Shown piece by piece: positions 57,704 to 64,000 of a stretch of DNA of 64,000 bases. The stretch spans positions 24,287-88,286 of the forward strand of contig CBDUZW010000015.1 in NCBI GenBank assembly GCA_965371805.1, written 5' to 3'. A program made the translations under genes and the position numbers. The DNA comes from an uncultured bacterium. Lineage in GTDB: Bacteria; Acidobacteriota; Aminicenantia; UBA2199. A model generated the notes under the pieces. That model saw nothing but the letters and a program-made list of their open reading frames with translations. It was not told where the DNA came from and did not search any database. How positions within the stretch are numbered: the stretch's first letter is position 1; the number at the start of each line of letters is the position of its first letter.

Positions 57704-59446
57704 ATGGAAATTGAGAAAACACCAAATCTAAATATTCTCTGGGCATCATTGATGATAGAAGAGTTAGTTAGAAATGGAATTACAGATTTTTTTATTGCCC
57801 CGGGCTTCAGATCCGCTCCATTAACAATTGCTGCAGGATTAAATAAAAAAACAAAGACATATGTTCACTTTGATGAAAGAGGATTGGCATTTTTTGCCCT
57901 CGGAAAAATTTCTGCAACAAAAAAACCGGCAGTTATTATCTCAACTTCCGGGACAGCAGTAGCAAATTTTCTTCCTGCGATTATCGAAACATCAAAGAAA
58001 AAACTGCCGCTCATCATTCTAACTGCAGACAGACCTCCGGAATTATTAAATACCGGGGCATCACAAACAATAGATCAGAAACATATATTTGGAAAATATG
58101 TAAGATGGGAATTTGATATGCCCGTACCGGATATCAACATCAGTCCTGAAATGGTACTGACAACAATGGATCAGGCAGTATCGATGGCAAGACAGCCGGA
58201 GCCTGGGCCCGTTCATATAAATTGCGCCTATAGAGAACCCTTATCTTTAAAATATATTGCATTTGAAAAAGAAGAGTACCTGGAGACTGTGGATCAGTGG
58301 TTAAAGAGCAATGAGCCCTATACAAAATATTATAAGTCAGTAAGTCAGACTGACATGACTTCTAATGTAGAAATTATAAACCTCTTAAATAATAAAAAGG
58401 GAATTATAGTCGTTGGAAAACTGGCAACAGAGGCGCAACAGAAAAGTGTAATGGCAATTGCCGATAAGTTAAACTGGCCGATATTCCCTGACATCACATC
58501 AGGGCTCAGAGTAGGTGTGAAAGGTAAGAATATCATTCATTATTTTGACAGGATCCTAGGGTCTAAAAAGTTCAACTCTGAAAAAATTGAAACTATTCTC
58601 CATCTTGGCGGTAGAATAACAGCAAAATCATACTATGAATATATTAAACGGATCAAACCGGAAAATTATATTACAGTCCTGAATCATTATCTCAGAAACG
58701 ACCCTCTACACTGTGTAAACCATAGAGTTAAATCAGAAATATCATCATTTATCAATGCCATACTGCCCTCCCTAAAACCTCAATCGGATAGGTATATTGA
58801 TTATTTGAAAAATTATTCAGAAAAAATTAACAATTTATATTCAGATATTAAAAATGATAATAGAATAAGCGAAGTCTCGTTAGCAAGAATCATTTCACAA
58901 TTAATTACTAAAGATAATGGACTGTTTTTATCCAATAGTATGCCCATAAGAGATATGGATACCTTTGCAGACAGAGATGGAGCAATCGTATCAATTGGCG
59001 GGAACAGAGGAGCAAGTGGTATTGACGGAATAATTGCGACATCATGTGGCTTTGCTGAAGGCCTTGATAAACCAGTTACTGCAATTATCGGGGATCTGGC
59101 ATTCCTGCATGACATGAATTCTCTTGCCCTGTTAAGATCAACCAAAAACCAGATGATCTTCATTGTCATTAATAATCAGGGAGGTGGCATATTCTCATTT
59201 CTTCCTGTAAAAAATGATTCTGAAATATTTGAAGAGTATTTTGAAACCCCTCATGATTTTTCGTTTAAAAATACAGCAGAGATGTTTGGGTTAATTTATC
59301 ACAATCCAAAATCAAATAAAGACCTCATCGAGGTATATAAAGAGTCTCAAAAGAATAAAAACCATATAATTATTGAAGTAAATACCAATAGAGAAGAGAA
59401 CTATTTACTTCATAAGAAGATAGTGGATCAAATTAATAATTTATAA
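57704..59446 (+). CDS. menD: SEPHCHC synthase (2-succinyl-5-enolpyruvyl-6-hydroxy-3-cyclohexene-1-carboxylate synthase)
   Basis: APGFRSAPL, TSGTAVANFLPAIIE, LTADRPPEL, and ThDP motif GDLAFLHDMNSL...NNQGGGIF. Confidence 0.9.
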   Translation: MEIEKTPNLNILWASLMIEELVRNGITDFFIAPGFRSAPLTIAAGLNKKTKTYVHFDERGLAFFALGKISATKKPAVIISTSGTAVANFLPAIIETSKKKLPLIILTADRPPELLNTGASQTIDQKHIFGKYVRWEFDMPVPDINISPEMVLTTMDQAVSMARQPEPGPVHINCAYREPLSLKYIAFEKEEYLETVDQWLKSNEPYTKYYKSVSQTDMTSNVEIINLLNNKKGIIVVGKLATEAQQKSVMAIADKLNWPIFPDITSGLRVGVKGKNIIHYFDRILGSKKFNSEKIETILHLGGRITAKSYYEYIKRIKPENYITVLNHYLRNDPLHCVNHRVKSEISSFINAILPSLKPQSDRYIDYLKNYSEKINNLYSDIKNDNRISEVSLARIISQLITKDNGLFLSNSMPIRDMDTFADRDGAIVSIGGNRGASGIDGIIATSCGFAEGLDKPVTAIIGDLAFLHDMNSLALLRSTKNQMIFIVINNQGGGIFSFLPVKNDSEIFEEYFETPHDFSFKNTAEMFGLIYHNPKSNKDLIEVYKESQKNKNHIIIEVNTNREENYLLHKKIVDQINNL

Positions 59447-59473
59447 AATTATAGGGTTGAGCAGGAGAAAAAA

Positions 59474-59869
59474 ATGTTTAAATATAAGACAATGATAAAA
59501 ATATACGATGTTGACGCTGCAGGAGTCCTTTTTTTTGCAAATCAATTCAGACTGGTTTATGATGCCTATGAAGCCTTCCTTGAAGAGATAGGTTTTTCTG
59601 TTAAAAAAATACTTAATGAATCAAGTTTTTTATTACCGGTCGTTTCAGCAAAAACAAATTACCAGGCCCCCCTCTTTGTAGGTGATAATATATATATATT
59701 GATTGATGTCAAAAAAATAGGAGACACCTCTGTTACACTCTCCCATCAAATCTTCAAAGACAAGGACACACTTGTAGGAGAAGGCGAAACAGTACACGTA
59801 AGTATAGATAAAAAAACAAACAAAAAAATACCATTTCCAAAAGAATTAAAAGAACTCATCAAAAGTTGA
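59474..59869 (+). CDS. hotdog-fold (4HBT-type) acyl-CoA thioesterase, plausibly DHNA-CoA thioesterase
   Basis: 131 aa with YDVDAAGVLFFANQF N-terminal catalytic-Asp region. Located directly after menD. Confidence 0.7.
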   Translation: MFKYKTMIKIYDVDAAGVLFFANQFRLVYDAYEAFLEEIGFSVKKILNESSFLLPVVSAKTNYQAPLFVGDNIYILIDVKKIGDTSVTLSHQIFKDKDTLVGEGETVHVSIDKKTNKKIPFPKELKELIKS

Positions 59870-59894
59870 CAAAACACACCACTTATAATACAAT
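59866..59894 (+). promoter_or_regulatory. candidate sigma-70 promoter for initiator tRNA-Met
   Basis: TTGACA (59866-59871), 17 nt, TACAAT (59889-59894). The tRNA 5' end is 14 nt downstream. Confidence 0.45.
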
Positions 59895-59908
59895 ACTAGT
59901 TCAAGTAT

Positions 59909-59982
59909 CGCGGGGTGGAGCAGTCTGGTAGCTCATTGGGCTCATAACCCAAAGGTCATAGGTTCAAATCCTATCCCCGCTA
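59909..59982 (+). tRNA. initiator-type tRNA-Met (CAT)
   Basis: CGCGGGG...CCCCGC(T)A with an unpaired 1:72 position. Three consecutive G:C pairs close the anticodon loop (GGG-CTCATAA-CCC). T arm ATAGG-TTCAAAT-CCTAT. Close to E. coli tRNA-fMet. Confidence 0.88.
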
Positions 59983-60046
59983 TTTCTTTTATCCCCTACT
60001 AACACTAAGGGGAGATTACTAATTTAATACTTGGGTTATGAAAGAT

Positions 60047-60108
60047 ACCCAAAGGTCAGAGGTTCAGCCAGAACAAATCGATCTATATTTGTGGAGACCC
60101 CGCTATTT
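60047..60108 (+). repeat. disrupted copy of the tRNA-Met 3' half (att-like relic)
   Basis: ACCCAAAGGTCAGAGGTTCA (60047-60066), an unrelated 31 nt, then CCCCGCTATTT (60098-60108). This mirrors tRNA positions 59947-59966 and 59975-59985 with one T-to-G change. Confidence 0.6.
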
Positions 60109-60309
60109 TCCTTAATTCACCTAAATCTAAGTCGAGAGGATTTCTATATTAGGAACAGCTGTAAGTTTCTAATATCCTTTCTTTACTAAAATTTAATAAA
60201 AATGTTGACATAACTATTTACATGTATGTTACATGTTCTAAAATTATTCATGTAAGTTTTTGTTATTATATTTGACTATTTAACCTAAATGTGTTACATA
60301 ATCATTATT

Positions 60310-61452
60310 ATGGTTGATACATATATAAATAAACTTTTTGATATACCTGAACCTCAGTTTGACTCTAAGCTAACTGATCTAATAATTGAATTGGATTATT
60401 TAAGAAATAAACCCCTAAAAGGAACAACTAATCCTGAAATATTCTTTCAACTTAAAAACATATTTCATATTATGGAAAGTATTGGCTCTGCTAGAATTGA
60501 AGGAAACCGAACAACTATTGCTCAGTATATTGAATCTCATATTTCTAATTCAGATTCTAAAGACGAAAATATATTAGAAATCATTAATTCAATAAGTGCA
60601 ATGGAATTTATAGATGAAAATATTAATGACACAGTTATAAACAGGGCTTTTATAAGCGAAATTCATAAAACAGTAGTGAATAATCTTACTATAGAAGGAA
60701 GTAAAACTCCCGGATATTATAGAAATAATAATGTTGAGATTACACAATCTAAGCATGTCCCTCCTGATTATACACAAATAGATATTCTTATGAGTAATTT
60801 ATTTGAAATGATAAACAAGACAGTTAAACCAAAATATGATTTAATAAAAACCGCTATAGCTCACCATAGATTTGCATGGATACACCCATTTGATAATGGC
60901 AACGGAAGAACTGTAAGGTTACTGACTTATGCAATGCTTCTAAAACAAGGATTTAATGTAGGGGGGGTAGGTAGAATTTTAAACCCAACGGCAATTTTTT
61001 GTATAAATCGTAATAATTACTATGACCGCCTTGGACAAGCAGATCAAGATAATGAGCAAGGAATATTAGATTGGTGTGAATATATGCTGGAGGGACTTAA
61101 CGTTGAAATAAAAAAGATTGATAAACTTTTAGATTATCAGTACTTATCAAAGAATATTTTATTTCCAGCAATTGCTTATGCAAAAGAAAGAGAAAACATT
61201 ACTGATAAAGAAAAAAAAATTCTGGATATTGGTATTAAAAAGCAAATTTTTCAATCTTCGGATCTGAAAAGTTTATTCCCGGGTAGAGCTCATACAGAAA
61301 GATCAAGAATACTTAAAAAATTGAAAGACAACAAAATGATTAAAAATGCCCTTAATCATGAAAGAAAGTATGTTGTTTCATTTGATAATAATTATCTACT
61401 GCGCAGCATTATAAAAACACTAGGAGAAAATAATTTTTTGTCTATAGATTAA
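60310..61452 (+). CDS. Fic family protein (class II: N-terminal inhibitory helix, Fic core, C-terminal wHTH-like tail)
   Basis: Fic motif HPFDNGNGRTVR (nt 60883-60918) and inhibitory motif SARIEG matching (S/T)xxxE(G/N) (nt 60487-60504). The ATG at 60310 (MVDTYINK) is preferred to the ORF-track start at 60289. Confidence 0.88.
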   Translation: MVDTYINKLFDIPEPQFDSKLTDLIIELDYLRNKPLKGTTNPEIFFQLKNIFHIMESIGSARIEGNRTTIAQYIESHISNSDSKDENILEIINSISAMEFIDENINDTVINRAFISEIHKTVVNNLTIEGSKTPGYYRNNNVEITQSKHVPPDYTQIDILMSNLFEMINKTVKPKYDLIKTAIAHHRFAWIHPFDNGNGRTVRLLTYAMLLKQGFNVGGVGRILNPTAIFCINRNNYYDRLGQADQDNEQGILDWCEYMLEGLNVEIKKIDKLLDYQYLSKNILFPAIAYAKERENITDKEKKILDIGIKKQIFQSSDLKSLFPGRAHTERSRILKKLKDNKMIKNALNHERKYVVSFDNNYLLRSIIKTLGENNFLSID

Positions 61453-61655
61453 TTGTTTACTTTACAAACTGTTATTAAATAGAGTGAGAAAATAATGGAT
61501 TTATTACACCTTCTTTATAATAATTAATCAATTATAAAAACCACTTTTTTTATCATATGGGCACAATATGGACACAAAACACACTTATCAGCTTTTTGAC
61601 AATCTCACATAAGCCTTACATCACATTAAATACAGGTTTTTAAATTGACACCTGT

Positions 61656-61683
61656 TTGGGCTCATAACCCAAAGGTCAGAGGT
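61656..61683 (+). repeat. 28-nt direct repeat of the tRNA-Met anticodon-arm/variable region (attR-like)
   Basis: TTGGGCTCATAACCCAAAGGTCAGAGGT matches 27/28 positions of 59936-59963. It carries the same T-to-G variant as the 60047 fragment. Confidence 0.75.
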
Positions 61684-61806
61684 GAAGGTATCATCCAAAA
61701 AATTTAATCCTGATTTGTTGCTGTTGCAACCCTGCTGGCAATTGTCTTTTGTTCCATATCCGCGTTATTCCTCATCGACGATATTAAGTTTTTTTTATAC
61801 ACATTA

Positions 61807-63135
61807 TTATAAACAGATTTTTTTGATTGAAAACTCAAATCCAAATTTTTTCAATTCTTCTAATACAGGTTTATAAAGTTCAGGTAAATTTGGCGGCATT
61901 TTTAATCCGATTGCTTTTATCACTCCATCAACAACTAATCTTGTTGAAATAGCTGTTGGAAGAGCTACGGCTCTTGACATTGCTGTTTCTCCTTCGGGAT
62001 CTCCTTTTACAACCATTGTAGCAATTCTTTTTTCTTTTTTACCTCCGTCAAACTCTGCAATTATTTCAATGTGTAAAATAATCATATCTTTTTCGCCTGG
62101 TGCATATTTCATTTTTTCCAACATCCTGTTTAAGAGTACATCAAGATTAGTTCCTTTTTTTAGAGGAATTGTTTTATTATCAAATAATCCTAACCACTTT
62201 AAACGATGTATTATATCTGACTTAGAATCTGTTTTTAAATAATTTGCTACGTCTTTCTCAATGTTTTCGATTGAATTTGTATTTATAAGTGATGCTGTAA
62301 ATTGGAGAAAAGTCTTATCATTAAGATTATTTACTTTTTCACTATCAAACAAGCCAAGTGCTCCCATATAACTCATATTATTACAATATCCTGAATATCT
62401 TAAAAGTCCTCGATAGAAAGAAACGGTATTATCTAAACCAAAAGGTTTAATGTATTTTTCAACATCTTTATTAGGATATGTTTCAAAAGTGCCTAGGCCG
62501 TCAATCTCAACAAACCAAAATTTTTCAAATAGCTTATCGCCTGATATATAAGTTTTTTCGCCTTTAACAAGATATGCCCCTGCAGTTTGAGCAGCAACAA
62601 AAACAGTTCTCGGATCCCAGCTAAACTTATATCCCATAGGATTATTATTAGATTCAAATGCTGGTATTCCACTACCATATGAATTTAAACTTATAACACG
62701 TCCTCCATCTTTTTTTATTTCTTCAAGTAACATTTGAGTACCAAAATGATCCATGCCTGGAACTTCTCCAAGTTCATTTAATATTAGTATTCCCTGTTTT
62801 TCAACATCTTCTTTTAAATCCATTACTTCTGGAATTTCATAAGAAGCAGTTACCATATTCTTTTTAAACTTTAAACATGATTTAGCAATAAATATATGAA
62901 CTGGCTTTGGTACCATGCTTATTACTATATCTGAATCTTTTACAATATCATCTAATTGTTCTGTATTATTATTGCTCCATTCTAAGGCTTCACAGTCAGG
63001 TCTATTTCCTTTTATTTTAATAGCTTTATCCAATACTTGATCCACTAACAAAACTCTGTATTTATTTTTATTTAAAAAATAATCGACCATTGGTTTAACC
63101 ATTAAACCTGCTCCAATTATTGCAATAGTTTTCAT
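61807..63135 (-). CDS. saccharopine reductase-like (saccharopine dehydrogenase, NADP+, L-glutamate-forming family)
   Basis: MKTIAIIGAGLM Rossmann start with RBS AGGAG. LNELGEVPGMDH, GYKFSW, YPNKD, LRYSGY, LKWLGLF, alignable by eye to fungal LYS9 over the full length. The ORF track extends to 63192. Confidence 0.85.
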   Translation of the reverse strand: MKTIAIIGAGLMVKPMVDYFLNKNKYRVLLVDQVLDKAIKIKGNRPDCEALEWSNNNTEQLDDIVKDSDIVISMVPKPVHIFIAKSCLKFKKNMVTASYEIPEVMDLKEDVEKQGILILNELGEVPGMDHFGTQMLLEEIKKDGGRVISLNSYGSGIPAFESNNNPMGYKFSWDPRTVFVAAQTAGAYLVKGEKTYISGDKLFEKFWFVEIDGLGTFETYPNKDVEKYIKPFGLDNTVSFYRGLLRYSGYCNNMSYMGALGLFDSEKVNNLNDKTFLQFTASLINTNSIENIEKDVANYLKTDSKSDIIHRLKWLGLFDNKTIPLKKGTNLDVLLNRMLEKMKYAPGEKDMIILHIEIIAEFDGGKKEKRIATMVVKGDPEGETAMSRAVALPTAISTRLVVDGVIKAIGLKMPPNLPELYKPVLEELKKFGFEFSIKKICL

Positions 63136-63311
63136 GTGTTCTCCTTTAGTTTTTAGTCTTTTTAAAATTTGTTTATAACAATTGTGTATCATCTATTGTT
63201 GTTATACCGCCAATTTGATGGGACAACAACAACTCCGAAGGAATCAACGAAGTTAATTGTTTATATTATCATTTTAGTTCGGCTGGGCCAATTAAAAGCT
63301 AAGGGTGCAGA

Positions 63312-63584
63312 CTATTTTACTTTTTCTTTTAAAGCTTTTCCTGCTTTAAATGTAGGTACAGTTCTTGCAGAGATCTTAATTTTTTCTCCAGTAGCCGGAT
63401 TAATCCCATCCCTTGCAGCTCGATCAGAAGTTCCGAAAGTTCCAAAGCCTACTAGAGTTACTTTGTCTTTCTTTTTCATAACATCTGCAATGGTTTCAAA
63501 AACAGCATTGATTGCAGATTCTGCCTGTTTTACCTGAAGCCCGGCTACTGTTCCCACAATTCTAATTAGTTCTGATTTGTTCAT
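63312..63584 (-). CDS. hup: HU family DNA-binding protein
   Basis: 90 aa: MNKSELI...VTLVGFGTF....RAAR.G.NP.TGE.I.I.A...P.FKAGKALK. RBS GGAGG. Confidence 0.93.
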   Translation of the reverse strand: MNKSELIRIVGTVAGLQVKQAESAINAVFETIADVMKKKDKVTLVGFGTFGTSDRAARDGINPATGEKIKISARTVPTFKAGKALKEKVK

Positions 63585-63639
63585 TATAAAAATCCTCCAT
63601 AAAAAACGTATTACCTATAATGCTTACTAAGTTATTTAT

Positions 63640-63668
63640 ATTGTAAACCTCAAAATTTTGTCTGTCAA
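63640..63668 (-). promoter_or_regulatory. sigma-70 promoter of hup
   Basis: On the minus strand: TTGACA (63668-63663), 17 nt, TACAAT (63645-63640). Confidence 0.55.
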
Positions 63669-63933
63669 GAATTAAAAATATTTTAATATTATTAACACTT
63701 TGATATTTAGACTTTAAAAATCGTGACCGAGATCGGGTTTTGGACAATGTTGCCCGATTTTGGAGCTGTTTCACTTCAACTTAATCCCGCTATGAGCGTA
63801 ATAATGAACTTTGGCATATGGTGATTTCGAGACCCCTTGCACCAGATCTTCACATTCAAAAACACCTCTTTTTTTATGGTATAAGTCTAAGACAGGGAGA
63901 TTTATCCCTGATCCCAAATCAAAGGAGAAATTT

Positions 63934-64000
63934 ATGTTAATAACATCAGATGGTAGAGCTGCACCAAATTTAAGTCAGCCAATGGAACAAAGTTTGGTAC
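63934..64000 (+). CDS. 5' end of an unidentified CDS running off the window
   Basis: ATG preceded by AAAGGAGAAA with 4-nt spacing. A possible extended -10 (TGGTATAAG) lies at 63877-63885. Only 22 codons are visible. Confidence 0.3.
   Translation, partial: MLITSDGRAAPNLSQPMEQSLV

Larger units (their letters stand above)
59983..61683 (+). mobile_element. degenerate integrated islet at tRNA-Met (no integrase), cargo is a Fic gene
   Basis: Bounded by the intact tRNA and a 28-nt copy of its anticodon/variable region at 61656-61683. A further broken tRNA 3' half lies at 60047-60108. Confidence 0.45.

Noticed and set aside
60204-60300. Two promoter-like elements and a repeated TGTTACAT motif upstream of the Fic gene, including TTGACT-17-TACATA only 10 nt before ATG 60310 (possible leaderless transcript)
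   Set aside because: The region is AT-rich enough for chance matches, and the two candidates conflict. I could not decide between them without transcript data, so no feature was called.
61682-61876. 64-aa plus-strand ORF starting inside the tRNA fragment
   Set aside because: It begins in the att-like repeat, overlaps the 3' end of the convergent saccharopine reductase gene, and has no RBS.
63169-63774. ORFs 63169-63537 (plus) and 63562-63774 (minus)
   Set aside because: The first is antisense to the HU gene. The second covers the HU promoter and 5' UTR and overlaps the HU start. Neither has an RBS or motifs.
63720-63880. GC-richer non-coding stretch with the ATCGGG-N15-CCCGAT hairpin, duplicated TTTTGGA, and a segment (GACCCCTTGCACCAGATC) faintly resembling the TPP-riboswitch ACCC..GAACCTGATC core
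   Set aside because: The other conserved TPP elements (CTGAGA, GGATAATGCCAGCG) are absent. No hairpin precedes the T-run at 63868-63875. I cannot fit any riboswitch consensus I know. It may be worth a Rfam/Infernal scan, but it is not supportable by eye.

Overview
Visibly AT-rich bacterial chromosome segment. Gene content (DnaE rather than PolC, an outer-membrane beta-barrel protein, sigma-54, propeller/Y_Y_Y sensors) suggests a diderm, possibly FCB-group-like organism; that placement is inference only. Most of the window is housekeeping: an ABC-2 transporter, tRNA-Gly, tRNA-Cys and initiator tRNA-Met, tpx, rmuC, gltX, xerD, gpmI, a glgP-glgX operon, recG, dnaE, a hutH-like gene, menG/menF/menD plus a thioesterase, saccharopine reductase and HU. 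Three regions look accessory. (1) About 47.98-54.06 kb, between dnaE and the hutH/men genes: a three-gene, translationally coupled operon (calcineurin-type metallophosphoesterase, P-loop NTPase, protein with no recognisable motif) lies next to a type II restriction-modification pair. I consider this operon the best candidate for an undescribed defence-type system. (2) About 59.98-61.68 kb: an integrase-less islet carrying a Fic gene, inserted at the initiator tRNA-Met and bounded by tRNA fragments. (3) About 3.6-14.2 kb: a regulatory and surface module made of a propeller-sensor Ser/Thr kinase, a sigma-54 enhancer-binding protein, a near-consensus -24/-12 promoter, a 1626-aa plant-type-LRR/FN3-like repeat protein and a small OMP. 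No CRISPR array, rRNA or transposase was seen. All calls rest on motifs read from the ORF translations and the DNA. No database search was run, so family assignments are motif-level and the novelty claims are untested.
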